Shown piece after piece: positions 46,562-56,531 of a DNA stretch of 64,000 bases. Every line of letters begins with the position of its first letter. The stretch's first letter is position 1. The DNA is from Candidatus Aminicenantes bacterium UBA1061 (GTDB lineage Bacteria > Acidobacteriota > Aminicenantia > Aminicenantales > Saccharicenantaceae): contig DCDG01000022.1 of the NCBI GenBank assembly GCA_002316315.1, forward strand, positions 66,731-130,730, given 5' to 3'. The notes beneath the pieces are model-generated. The model saw only the letters and a list, made by a program, of their open reading frames with translations, ran no database searches and had not been told where the DNA came from. The position numbers and the translations under genes are program-made.

Positions 46562-47314
46562 TTATTCTTTCAATCTTACCCAGATGTAGGTTAGGCCCTT
46601 GTCATTTTCCAATCTTAATTCAAAGACCTCAGGAAAGGCTTTAAATAACTGCGACAGCTGGCGATAGCCATAGGTTCTCGGATCAAAACCAGGATCGAGC
46701 TGGCGTAGATAAAAGCCGATGCTGCTCAGTTTCCCCCAGCCATTTTCATCGGCGGCCATATCCACGGCCGCTTTTAATAGCGGCAGGGGATCATAACCGC
46801 GCGGCTTGGGTTCCTCGCTGGTCTTCTCGGCCGGGCTGGATCTTCTCTTTTTTTCTTTTCCGCCAAGGCCAAGGTTTTCGGTGTAAATAAAAACATTGCA
46901 GGCATTGATGAAGGCCTTGGGAGTTGTCCTTTTGCCGATACCCATGACAAAGTAGCCAGCTTCTCTGATTCTGGTGGCCAGCCGGGTATAATCAGAATCG
47001 CTGGAAACAATGCAGAAGCCATCCACCAGACGGCCATGTAGAATATCCATGGCATCAATAATTAAGGCACTATCCGTAGCATTTTTCCCGACGGTATAAC
47101 GGAATTGCTGAACTGGCTGAATAGCATTTTCATGCAAGACTTTTTTCCAGCCAGCCATGTTAACTGTGGTCCAATCGCCATAGATACGCCGGATGGTAAT
47201 CAGCCCGTATTTGCCGACCTCAGCCAGAATATCAGAGATAAGCGTCGGCTGGGCGTTGTCACCATCAATTAGCAGGGTAATTTTCCTGCTCTTTTCTTCC
47301 AGACTATCAATCAT
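46562..47314 (-). CDS. NYN (PIN-like) nuclease domain protein with a C-terminal OST-HTH/LOTUS domain.
   Basis: The N-terminus LLIDGDNAQ..., IRRIYGDW, and AT D.A.IIDAMD match the NYN/LabA fold. The C-terminal ~70 aa (GWGKLSSIGFYLRQLDPGFDPRTYGYRQLSQLFKAF) is OST-HTH-like. Confidence 0.7.
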   Translation of the reverse strand: MIDSLEEKSRKITLLIDGDNAQPTLISDILAEVGKYGLITIRRIYGDWTTVNMAGWKKVLHENAIQPVQQFRYTVGKNATDSALIIDAMDILHGRLVDGFCIVSSDSDYTRLATRIREAGYFVMGIGKRTTPKAFINACNVFIYTENLGLGGKEKKRRSSPAEKTSEEPKPRGYDPLPLLKAAVDMAADENGWGKLSSIGFYLRQLDPGFDPRTYGYRQLSQLFKAFPEVFELRLENDKGLTYIWVRLKE

Positions 47315-47468
47315 GGTGCCTCCAAAAAGCCCTTAAAGCTTTCCTATTTTACTTGTTTTCTGATTATTATTAAATATCAAGTTTGCTTGCTACTCAAGAC
47401 CTCTTTTTTCTCCATTGATATAAATATTTGCCACCAGCCGAACTCTTGAGATAAAGTTATAAAGTAAA

Positions 47469-49319
47469 ATGCTAAAAATTGGAAACAGAACTTATAAAGT
47501 TTTTCTACTGGCCAGCTGGCTTCTTAGCTTCTACGTTCTGGTCAGTCTACCACCGGCTGCGGCCAGGACCGGGGAGCCGGCTCCGGCTGCTTCCATCCAT
47601 CCGCAGGGTGGTCCGAGACCCGGTGGGCCCGGCGGGGGGAGCGATCGCTTCCTAGCGGGACAATTGTCCCGTTCGCTGGATGAGAAGCTTCATCTCTGGC
47701 TAATTAAACAACTTGAGCCCCCGGCTCTCGAAGAATTTGTCCTGAACTCTCAGGCCATCTTAGATTCAGCCGGCTTTGATTTATATTTGCTGGAATTGTG
47801 GCTGAAGGGCCACCCGCTCGAAGCACTGGCTCTTCTTGATAGTAAATTAGACATAGCTCCAGATGATCAGCTCCGCCTTAATCAGGTAGGCAGTTTCTTT
47901 TTTTCCTTAGGTGAGTATGAACTGGCCAGAGATTTTTTTACCGCTGCCAGCACCCGCTGGCCAGACCAGCCCTCCATCTTGAATAATCTGGCGGCGACTC
48001 TTTCTGCCCTGGGGCTAAGGAAAGAAGCGGCCGACCTCTACAGGCAATGTCTTGAGCTTGATCCCTGCCACCCTGAGGCTAACCTCGGTTTATATGAGTT
48101 GAGTTCTTTAGAGGCAGGCGGCCGCCCTGACCAGAGCCGGCTGATAAAGGCCCTTCAGGGGGCCTATAGAGAAAAGGTGGCCAGACTGATCGGAATTTTC
48201 AGCTGGCCATTGCCCCAGTCCTTTGAGCAGGAGGTAAATTTCCATCTGCCGCCGCTGCCCTCCAATTTCGAACAATATATCAGCTCAGTCAGTATCTACC
48301 AGGAAGCTCTGTTTGAACTAAGTCAGAGAGAAGGAACACTGGCTCGAGAGCTGGCCCGACAGCAACGACTGGCAGCAACTTCTTCCAGCCAGGAGAAAAC
48401 AGATAATCTGGCCAGCTCCTGGCGGCTTTTTTCTTCCATGAGCTATGCCTGCCTGCTGCAAGCGGAAGGTCGCCTTGATTGGCTGGAAAGGGAAGCAGAG
48501 AACCCAGCTGATCTTGATCTGGAAAGAATTATAACCGCTTCAGTTCAGTCCCTGGAATCAGTTTATAAAGCTTACCTCCAGCAAGAAAAAAAGGCACTTG
48601 ACGCGCCTCACTCGACCAGAGCAGATGAACTGAAAAAAGCCCGCGATTATTATTGTCTCGAATACAGAAAAGAGGTAACCCACTGGTATCTACAATATCG
48701 GGAAAGACTTCTGGCCTATTTCCAGCAAGCCCGGCAGGAACTTAAAACTTTCCTCCCCAGGTTTTATTTCTGGCTCAGATATTTACCGGAGAATCAACAG
48801 ACATCAAGACGCCAGGAGACCGAGCTCAGGCTCATAAAAATTTATTCCAGGCTGTGGGAAAAAGCACTGTGGCTTCAAACCAGACTCGGTCAGCCAGCTT
48901 TCGCGGACTGCCTCCCTGCTCTGGAGCCTTCTCCTGAAGACCGAAACGAACCGGATATCCCCCTGTACTCACCTGTTGATGATCTGGAACTTGCCTTTAA
49001 ATCAGAAGTCTTTTCCTTTTCTTTAAAGGCTGACCAGGTGGGTTTTTCTGACACTCAGCCAGCAGCTGGTTCTCCTGGGAAAGCCTTATTTCCCTCAGCC
49101 ACCATTTATTTATATCCACCGGCTTCAGAAAACAACCAGCCGGTTTATCTGGTGGTCGATGAAGAAGGCAGGTTAATTGATCTAGGAAAACTCGTCTCTT
49201 TGCCAACTGGTCGACTCTCTCCGGGTAGCCACTTTGAGATTGTTTTTAACTTGAGCTACCCGTCACAGAGGATTTCTTCAGGTGCGAAAGACAGCGGAGC
49301 AGATCTTGGTGGTTTTTAG
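47469..49319 (+). CDS. Hypothetical exported protein with a Gly/Pro-rich N-terminal segment and TPR-like repeats.
   Basis: N-terminal TM/signal FLLASWLLSFYVLVSL, then PQGGPRPGGPGGGSD. TPR-like helices follow (ELARDFFTAASTRWPDQPSILNNLAATLSALGLRKEAADLYRQCLELDP). Confidence 0.6.
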   Translation: MLKIGNRTYKVFLLASWLLSFYVLVSLPPAAARTGEPAPAASIHPQGGPRPGGPGGGSDRFLAGQLSRSLDEKLHLWLIKQLEPPALEEFVLNSQAILDSAGFDLYLLELWLKGHPLEALALLDSKLDIAPDDQLRLNQVGSFFFSLGEYELARDFFTAASTRWPDQPSILNNLAATLSALGLRKEAADLYRQCLELDPCHPEANLGLYELSSLEAGGRPDQSRLIKALQGAYREKVARLIGIFSWPLPQSFEQEVNFHLPPLPSNFEQYISSVSIYQEALFELSQREGTLARELARQQRLAATSSSQEKTDNLASSWRLFSSMSYACLLQAEGRLDWLEREAENPADLDLERIITASVQSLESVYKAYLQQEKKALDAPHSTRADELKKARDYYCLEYRKEVTHWYLQYRERLLAYFQQARQELKTFLPRFYFWLRYLPENQQTSRRQETELRLIKIYSRLWEKALWLQTRLGQPAFADCLPALEPSPEDRNEPDIPLYSPVDDLELAFKSEVFSFSLKADQVGFSDTQPAAGSPGKALFPSATIYLYPPASENNQPVYLVVDEEGRLIDLGKLVSLPTGRLSPGSHFEIVFNLSYPSQRISSGAKDSGADLGGF

Positions 49320-50638
49320 TCGCCAAATCGCGGATTAACCACCCCGGCATAGATAGAACCAAATGTATAGCTTATTCCTAATGACAGCCCGTAGCTATAG
49401 GAAGTGGCCAGTGCTTTTTTCTGGAGCAAAATATCTTCCAGACTGAGGTCCCCTTTGGCCAGATAAACCTGATCATTGATTTTGGAAAACCTGCCAGTAA
49501 AGTTGATGGAAAAACCGCGGTAGAGTCTGAGGTTAAGGTTTGTCCACAAAACCAGATGATTCTTTTTAAAATCATTAAAATAATGGAAACCCTCCAGCGA
49601 CGAACTGATATTTCCCCAGGGTTCCTTCATCTCAAAGCTCACGGTTAAGGTTTCTCCCAGGAGGGCTTCCCTGGTTTTATCAAAGATAGTCTCCTCATGA
49701 TAGTAATTGAGATTAAAGCCTAATCGGTAAAGAATCCGCAACTGACGCCGCGTAGATTCCGAATAAGGGAAAAAATTGTATTCAATAGCCGGAGCCGGAT
49801 TTAAAGAAAAATCAAGATTATTATATGTTGAGGAAGATAGGCTCAACCAAGCGCCGATCGACCAGTGCTCATTCAAAGAAACAACATAAAGGTTCGACAG
49901 GTTGAAACTTTTCTGAATCGAAGTAATATCTTCCGTCACACCATCTTCCTCCACCTTAAAGACACTGCTGCTGTAATAACCTGACAGACCGGTTCTAAAT
50001 TTCATTTTATCTGTCACCCGGTTAGCACTTAAGTTCCCGCGAGCAGACAAGAAATGTTTGGTTTTTTCACCCGACAGGCTGCCGGAAAGTCCAAGGCTAA
50101 AAACCCAGGATTTCCAGGGATCCTCAGCCGGAGCCGGCGGCAGCCTCTTTTCAAAATCTATGCGGAGATAATCACCTAAATCCGTTTTAGCCACATATGG
50201 AACCAGGCCAACCTTTAACACGCGGACGAGGCCCTTGCGTTCCACATCGGCCGAATCAGTTCGTTTAGAGATATATTTCAGAGTATTATGAATATCATAA
50301 AAATTATTCCGGCCAATAAAATTAAGGGTATATTCACGGCCGCCATCGCCCGTCGACTGTATGGTAATCAACACATGAATATCCGCTTCATTCTGATCAC
50401 GGACAAAATGGACAAAGGTAATTTCTGAACGAATGTAGGTCATATCACATTGATGACAATCAATAAAAACTCTGGGCGGTTCAATCTGAGGCTGGTTGAT
50501 CTCCCTGATTTGCGCCAGGCCTGGCCAGCTAAGAATAAAAACCAGACCGGTCAGGGCCAAAAGGCTGTTAGAAAGACGGCCATAAGCAGGCCGGATTTTC
50601 AATCCATCTGTCCTTTCGTTGAACTCTGTTCTGGTCAA
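49316..50638 (-). CDS. Hypothetical protein with an N-terminal signal-anchor, β-rich (possible outer-membrane/periplasmic).
   Basis: 440 aa. Hydrophobic N-terminus LLALTGLVFILSWPGLA. Tyr/Ser/Asn/Leu-rich alternating segments in the C-terminal two-thirds. I recognise no named motif. Confidence 0.55.
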   Translation of the reverse strand: MTRTEFNERTDGLKIRPAYGRLSNSLLALTGLVFILSWPGLAQIREINQPQIEPPRVFIDCHQCDMTYIRSEITFVHFVRDQNEADIHVLITIQSTGDGGREYTLNFIGRNNFYDIHNTLKYISKRTDSADVERKGLVRVLKVGLVPYVAKTDLGDYLRIDFEKRLPPAPAEDPWKSWVFSLGLSGSLSGEKTKHFLSARGNLSANRVTDKMKFRTGLSGYYSSSVFKVEEDGVTEDITSIQKSFNLSNLYVVSLNEHWSIGAWLSLSSSTYNNLDFSLNPAPAIEYNFFPYSESTRRQLRILYRLGFNLNYYHEETIFDKTREALLGETLTVSFEMKEPWGNISSSLEGFHYFNDFKKNHLVLWTNLNLRLYRGFSINFTGRFSKINDQVYLAKGDLSLEDILLQKKALATSYSYGLSLGISYTFGSIYAGVVNPRFGD

Positions 50639-51117
50639 ATATTTGACCGCTTCGCCGGCTGATGTTCAGCCCTGTCGGTTAAAAGTTCTAATTTAATACC
50701 CGGTTTTTGGCTGCCAGGAGGCCCTCCTGGATAATTGGTCTTCCCTGAGTTAAACCAATTTTTCATCTCCTGGCTGAAAATATTAAAGAGGAGTTTCAGA
50801 CCAAAAATTGTTCCGATGGGGACCAGTAAAGTTAAAATCACTGCCGTTAATAATGATGTCACCCGTGACCACTTCTTCTTTTTAGACAGACCAGAAGCAG
50901 TTAAGATGGCCATCAAGCCAAAAAGGAAAGAGGCTAAAGACAGCCACAGACCGCGGCTGATGAGATAATCTCCGCCGGAGAGGTGAAGAAGTTCTTTCTC
51001 TGAGCCGGATGACAGATAGATAAAAATAACTACGCCCAGGGTAACAGCAACAGTAAAGATGGCCAGCACTCCGGCTGTCTTAATAATAGTTCTTGACAGG
51101 CTGATTTTTTCTGGCAT
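50635..51117 (-). CDS. Hypothetical membrane protein (4 TM), translationally coupled to the downstream gene.
   Basis: 160 aa with four hydrophobic helices. The stop overlaps ATG 50638 of the next gene by 4 bp. Confidence 0.5.
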   Translation of the reverse strand: MPEKISLSRTIIKTAGVLAIFTVAVTLGVVIFIYLSSGSEKELLHLSGGDYLISRGLWLSLASFLFGLMAILTASGLSKKKKWSRVTSLLTAVILTLLVPIGTIFGLKLLFNIFSQEMKNWFNSGKTNYPGGPPGSQKPGIKLELLTDRAEHQPAKRSNI

Positions 51118-51276
51118 AAGCTTACTATCCGTTAGACTCTTATTTTACTTGAGTTAGCTCTGGATTCAAGTCAGAATTTTAAGTAAAATCCTTACGTCTG
51201 AGATGACCAGCCCATTGGGCCATCATCTAGCCGTTTTCTGACTGGCTGGAGCTGGGCTTTTTTTGGAGGAAAATAA

Positions 51277-52008
51277 ATGAAAAAAACTATTTTATTATTT
51301 TTGACTGTTCTGGTTTTGGTTTCAACTTTAACGGCAGACATTTATATTAAGACCAGGATTAATGTCGACCCCATTAATGTCTTAGGACAGAGCATCCCGG
51401 CCAAGGAAACCTTCTCTGAACAATGGATAGGAGCTGACCTGACAGCTATTGTAAGCCAGGGGTTTAGCTATCTTTTTGATCTGAAAAAAAACAAGGTTTA
51501 CCTCATTAGCCAGGCGACTAAATCTTATCTCGAAATTACTCCGCCGGTAGATTATGCTCAGCTCCTTCCGCCTGAACTTTCCCCGATGGCCCAGGCCTGG
51601 CAACAGATGACCATAACAGTCACTCCAAAAAATGAAACGAAAATCATAAATAATATTCCCTGTCAGGCTTACCAGATGAAAATGACAGTCATGATGTACC
51701 CTGTAGAAATGACGATCTGGGCCTCAGAAAAACTGCCATTTGATCTGAGCGACTACCTGCAGCGGGTTCAGCCTGAAATAATGAAGATGGAGCTCCGGGC
51801 CTCGGGGGAGACAGCTCGTGAGCTGCAAAAGATTAAGGGATTATGGGTAGCCTATGAGATGAAATCTCAAATGATGGGGACTGAGATAAAATCCCGAGCT
51901 GAAGTGATCGAAATCAGTAAAAAGCAAGCTCCGTCAGGCATTTATTCTATTCCCGCGGATTACCAGAAAAAAGATCGCCTGAGCCAGGAAGACATTCAGG
52001 GATTTTAG
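51277..52008 (+). CDS. Hypothetical secreted protein.
   Basis: GGAGG RBS and signal peptide MKKTILLFLTVLVLVSTLTA. 243 aa. Confidence 0.6.
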   Translation: MKKTILLFLTVLVLVSTLTADIYIKTRINVDPINVLGQSIPAKETFSEQWIGADLTAIVSQGFSYLFDLKKNKVYLISQATKSYLEITPPVDYAQLLPPELSPMAQAWQQMTITVTPKNETKIINNIPCQAYQMKMTVMMYPVEMTIWASEKLPFDLSDYLQRVQPEIMKMELRASGETARELQKIKGLWVAYEMKSQMMGTEIKSRAEVIEISKKQAPSGIYSIPADYQKKDRLSQEDIQGF

Positions 52009-52103
52009 TTTTTAAGCTGCTCAACTCGATTACTATTCATTGTGCTTTCCAGCGCCCCAAAGGCTGACTTGATTTTTCACCCGGCTGACATTATCCTTAG
52101 CCT

Positions 52104-53627
52104 ATGACCAATAGCGATAAAATAAGAGTCAGATTTGCACCCAGTCCAACCGGTTTTATTCACGTGGGCAATGCCAGAACAGCCCTTTTCAACTGGCTGC
52201 TGGCCCGGCAAAAAGGTGGAGTTTTTGTCCTTAGAGTCGAAGATACGGACCTGGAACGTTCCAAGGAAGAATATGAAAGGAACCTCATCGAGGATTTACA
52301 CTGGCTCGGTCTTGACTGGGATGAGGGACCGGATATCGGCGGAGAGTTCGGTCCATACCGTCAGTCTGAAAGGCTTGGGTTTTATCATCAATATGCTAGA
52401 GAGCTTCTGGAGAAAGGCCAGGCTTACTATTGTTTTTGCCCGCAGGAGGAACTGGAAAAAGAAAGAGAAGAAGCGCTGGCTCAAGGGCGCTCGCCTGTTT
52501 ATAGCGGCCGTTGCCGGAATATCCTCTTAAAGGAAGCTCAAAAAAGACTGGAGACTGGAGAACAAGCAGCCATCAGGCTTAAAGTTCCCGAGGAAGGCCT
52601 GGTTAGATTTACTGACCTGGTGCGTGGAGAGGTTGAGTTTGACCTTAAGCTTATTGGTGACCCAATTATAGTCAGATCGAACGGCATGCCCGCTTATAAC
52701 TTTTCTGTGGTTATAGACGATGCCCTGATGCATATAACTCATGTGATTCGGGGGGAAGACCACATTTCGAATACACCACGTCAGATTCTTTTATATCAGG
52801 CTTTCGACTGGACACTGCCGGTTTTTGCTCACCTGTCCATGGTCATGGGCCAGGACAACACCAGATTAAGCAAGAGACATGGAGCAACTTCTATTGATCA
52901 GTTCCGCCGGGAAGGAGTTTTGCCCCAGGCTCTCTGCAATTATCTGTCCTTTCTTGGCTGGTCCCCGCCAGAAGGCAAAGAGGTCCTGACTCTGGAGGAA
53001 CTGGTTAAACTTTTTGACCTCAGCCGGGTAAATCGCTCGGCAGCTATTTTTGATTATGAGAAACTTTACTGGTTAAACCGCCAGCATATAAAGCTCCTGC
53101 CTGCTCAGAAAAAACTCGAACTGGCCCTGCCCTATTTACAGGCAGCGGGTCTGGTTGGGAAGGACATTACGTCTGACGAAGAGCAGTGGTTGAGCCAGGC
53201 TGTAGAGCTTCTGCTGGAAGGTGTGGATAAATTTTCTGATTTACCACAAAAATTTTCTTTAATTTTTGATTTTAAGCCGGAGTCTCTGGATGAGGAAGCT
53301 AAGGACATTATCAGCTCGGCTGCTGCTCGCCAGGTGCTCAGGGCTTTTGTGGAAAAAACCTCAGGGCTGACCGATTTCAACTATGATCTTTTTGCCAGAA
53401 TCACAGGAGAAATAAAAAAGGAGACAGGTATTAAAGGCAGAGACCTCTATCACCCCCTGCGGGTCATGCTGACAGCCAGAGCTTCCGGGCTGGAGCTTGA
53501 TAAATTTATTCCACTAATTGAAGACGGGGCCAAACTGAACTTTCCCCGCCGAATAAAAAGTTCACTGGAGAGAATCAGAGAATTTGCCCGGCTAATGCAC
53601 TTAGAATCAGAAAGACAGCCAGTATGA
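52104..53627 (+). CDS. gltX: Glutamate--tRNA ligase.
   Basis: Class I HIGH motif (RFAPSPTGFIHVGNARTAL) and KMSKS-equivalent RLSKRHG. 507 aa. Confidence 0.95.
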   Translation: MTNSDKIRVRFAPSPTGFIHVGNARTALFNWLLARQKGGVFVLRVEDTDLERSKEEYERNLIEDLHWLGLDWDEGPDIGGEFGPYRQSERLGFYHQYARELLEKGQAYYCFCPQEELEKEREEALAQGRSPVYSGRCRNILLKEAQKRLETGEQAAIRLKVPEEGLVRFTDLVRGEVEFDLKLIGDPIIVRSNGMPAYNFSVVIDDALMHITHVIRGEDHISNTPRQILLYQAFDWTLPVFAHLSMVMGQDNTRLSKRHGATSIDQFRREGVLPQALCNYLSFLGWSPPEGKEVLTLEELVKLFDLSRVNRSAAIFDYEKLYWLNRQHIKLLPAQKKLELALPYLQAAGLVGKDITSDEEQWLSQAVELLLEGVDKFSDLPQKFSLIFDFKPESLDEEAKDIISSAAARQVLRAFVEKTSGLTDFNYDLFARITGEIKKETGIKGRDLYHPLRVMLTARASGLELDKFIPLIEDGAKLNFPRRIKSSLERIREFARLMHLESERQPV

Positions 53628-54364
53628 GCCAGGAAGATAGACTCGGCCGTATTAATGCCATCATTGAGTTTCTGAACCGCTCACCCCAGCGTGTTAATAA
53701 GATTTTTATCCAGAAAGAAAAAGGACATTACCAGTTGGCCGAGATCATCCGCCTCGCCCGGGAAAACCATATTCCGGTTGTTTTTGCGCCGCGGGACAGG
53801 CTGGACAGCCTCTGCCCTCATCATCAGGGAGCCGTAGCTTTTGTGGCCGAAAAAGAATACTTAAGACTCGAAGATCTGATCACGGGCAGCCAGCCGGCCT
53901 TCTTGGTCATGCTGGATGGGGTGGAAGACCCGCAGAATATCGGGGCAATTGTGCGCAGTGCCGAAGGGGCCGGAGCCAATGGTCTTATTCTTCAGGAACG
54001 TCACTCGGCCGGCCTGACGCCGGCTGTCGCTTCGGTTTCGGCCGGGGCCATTCATCACCTGAAGGTAGCCAGAGCAACCAATTTATCGAGAGCCATTGAC
54101 TGGCTTAAGGAGCAGGGTATCTGGGTAGCTGGCGCTGCCGGTGAAAGCCAGACTAAATGGTTTGAGTTCGATTTTACCCTGCCGGTGACTATTGTTCTTG
54201 GTTCAGAAGGTTATGGCCTCAGATCTAATATCCGGAAAAAATGTGATGTCCTGCTGTCCCTGCCGATGCTCGGCCAGGTGAAAAGCCTTAATGTTGGTGC
54301 AGCAGCGGCTGTCTTTTTCTACGAAGTCGTCCGTCAGCGTTTGATCAAAAGTCAGAAGAAATGA
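53624..54364 (+). CDS. rlmB: SpoU/TrmH-family rRNA 2'-O-methyltransferase (RlmB-like).
   Basis: N-terminal L30e-like domain. SPOUT motifs LVMLDGVEDPQNIGAIVRSA, IVLGSEGYGL, and LSLPMLGQVKSLNV. The start overlaps the gltX stop (ATGA). Confidence 0.85.
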   Translation: MSQEDRLGRINAIIEFLNRSPQRVNKIFIQKEKGHYQLAEIIRLARENHIPVVFAPRDRLDSLCPHHQGAVAFVAEKEYLRLEDLITGSQPAFLVMLDGVEDPQNIGAIVRSAEGAGANGLILQERHSAGLTPAVASVSAGAIHHLKVARATNLSRAIDWLKEQGIWVAGAAGESQTKWFEFDFTLPVTIVLGSEGYGLRSNIRKKCDVLLSLPMLGQVKSLNVGAAAAVFFYEVVRQRLIKSQKK

Positions 54365-56024
54365 CCTGTTCATCTCCTGACGCGTTGACCACGCTCTCCA
54401 GAAAAATCTTCTCCACGTCTGGAACAGGAATAGTTTCGAGCTCATTCCGGAGTTTTTCGTCCTGAAGTAAATTCTCCAGGTGGAGACCGGCCAGGTAGTT
54501 AAAGCTTTTCCCATTGAGTTCTTCCCCGATGAGCTGGCCGAGTTTTCTTCCCAGTTCTGGATTCCCTTTAATGGCCTGGAAAATCTGCCAGCTGGTCTTT
54601 AGCCTGTCTATTTCACCACCACAGATAATTTTCCCCTTATTTATCAGGACTATTTCCTCACAGACCCGCTCAACTTCAGGCAGGAGATGAGAAGAGAGGA
54701 AAATGGTTATTCCCCTGGCTCTGAGCTCGAGTATTAGATTCCTGACCTCATGCATGATGATTGGATCGAGGCCGGTATATGGCTCGTCAAAAATCAGAAA
54801 ATCGGGCTGGCCGATGACCGCCACCCCGAGCGCTACCTTCTGCCTGGTTCCTTTGGAGAGACTTTTAATCCGGCTATCAAGATATTCATTGAGATTAAGC
54901 ATGCTGGCCATTTCCAGGGATTTTTCACCAGCTTCAGCCCGGCTGAGACCGTCATTTCTGGCCACCAGTTCAAAGATTTCCCTGACCGACAGAAAGGGAT
55001 AAAGGCTGGCATTTTCCTGCATGTAGCCTATATTGAGAGAAGCTGAAGTTCCGCCTCGCTCCGCTTTAGAATAATACTCAATTTGACCGGAGTCTGGTTT
55101 TAAAAAACCCAGAATAATTCTGATGGTGGTTGTTTTGCCGGCTCCATTTGGCCCCAGAAACCCGGTCAGCCGCCCTGCCTTAATAGAAAAATTAACCCCG
55201 GACAGAGCTTCTTTTTTTTGCCTGGTCAGAGGACCTTCCCTAAAAGTTTTCCTCAGGTCTTTTAGCCTTAGGAGATAAGAATTTTTTTCAGTGTTTTGAG
55301 GAATAAGATTATTTCTCAATCCCTTGCTTTTAAACAAAGCAAAACTGGCCAGAAGGAAAACAGCCGTTAAAAAAAGCGCATAGGCGACATGCCAGCTTTT
55401 TAAAGTTATCCATTCTGGAACAAAAGCAAGAGCAACGAGACTTTTGGGATTGACTGAAATCAGCTGGCCGGATTTTAATAGTTCCTCCGCCCATCCTTTA
55501 TATATGTAAATCACGACGGTGGCTACTTGTAAAAGTAGAACCGCCGCAAAATTCATGGCACCTCGCAGGAAACAGGCAAATAAAAACCCCAGAGCAAAAT
55601 AATAAGTGGAGACAAGCAGCCCATGGACCAGGCCCTCTAAAATATCCGGGAAAATGGCTATCTGCGCTTTTATCTCCAGAGAGAGAAGCGAGCAGATAAG
55701 GAGAAGGAAAAAGGCTCCTACCACCAGCAGCCAGACAGCCAGATATTTTCCCCAGAAAAAGACAGCCTTCTTCTTTCTGGAAAGCAAGGGATCAATTTGC
55801 CTGGAATCAAACTCATCAAAGACCAGGCCTCCGCTGAGCAGCACCGCCAGTAGGCCAAACAGACTCCCGAATTTATTAACCCCCTCAGAAGGATTTCCAG
55901 TAAATAGAATAAAATAAAGGCAAAGTCCCAGCGTAAAAGCCACCAGGATCGACTGAATCCAGTTTACCCTGAAGATCTTTTTCCAGGTCAGCATGAGTAT
56001 TTCTTTTAGCATTGTTCCCCCCAT
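54345..56024 (-). CDS. Fused ABC transporter: N-terminal ~230-aa polytopic membrane domain plus C-terminal ABC-2-type ATPase.
   Basis: A hydrophobic N-terminal half, then Walker A GPNGAGKTTT, signature LSKGTRQKVALG, and Walker B LIFDEPYTGLD. The 3' end overlaps the rlmB 3' end by 20 bp. Confidence 0.8.
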   Translation of the reverse strand: MGGTMLKEILMLTWKKIFRVNWIQSILVAFTLGLCLYFILFTGNPSEGVNKFGSLFGLLAVLLSGGLVFDEFDSRQIDPLLSRKKKAVFFWGKYLAVWLLVVGAFFLLLICSLLSLEIKAQIAIFPDILEGLVHGLLVSTYYFALGFLFACFLRGAMNFAAVLLLQVATVVIYIYKGWAEELLKSGQLISVNPKSLVALAFVPEWITLKSWHVAYALFLTAVFLLASFALFKSKGLRNNLIPQNTEKNSYLLRLKDLRKTFREGPLTRQKKEALSGVNFSIKAGRLTGFLGPNGAGKTTTIRIILGFLKPDSGQIEYYSKAERGGTSASLNIGYMQENASLYPFLSVREIFELVARNDGLSRAEAGEKSLEMASMLNLNEYLDSRIKSLSKGTRQKVALGVAVIGQPDFLIFDEPYTGLDPIIMHEVRNLILELRARGITIFLSSHLLPEVERVCEEIVLINKGKIICGGEIDRLKTSWQIFQAIKGNPELGRKLGQLIGEELNGKSFNYLAGLHLENLLQDEKLRNELETIPVPDVEKIFLESVVNASGDEQVISSDF

Positions 56025-56455
56025 GGTACGATCTGTCTTAGTTTATAAAAAGGCAAGGGACTGCCTTAAAAGAAGTTAATCTGAAAGCTAAGGCCATGAT
56101 AATCTCTTTTTCCTTTACGGGCCAGGATAAGCATATGATCAAAAATCACCCCCTCTTAAGCTGGCCCCTTTCTGGCTTCGCATATAAATCACTTTAATAG
56201 TGACGTCTGACCGCTGCTTTTTTTCTCACTGCCATTATTCTGATTATCAGCCTGAAATTGAATAGGACTGATAATAAAATTGCCAGTGACTTCCACAGGC
56301 TGACCACTCTTAATCATCCTGGCCATTGGGACTTTTTGCTTTTTAAAAATTATTTCCCCTGATTTTTCATAAATTTCAACTTATATAACCTAATTATAAT
56401 CAATAACTTTACCGGAGGAATCCAAACCAGTTGAGGGATGGCGGTTGCCCTGGGA

Positions 56456-56486
56456 CTTGACAGTTAAGAAGGCTAATCTTTAGAAT
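56456..56486 (+). promoter_or_regulatory. Putative promoter for accA (TTGACA-N18-TAGAAT).
   Basis: cTTGACAgttaagaaggctaatcttTAGAATac, about 50 nt upstream of the accA start. Confidence 0.3.
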
Positions 56487-56531
56487 ACCCTCGGCGGCTG
56501 TTTTCTGATAGAATATTTCAAAAGAGAGTAA

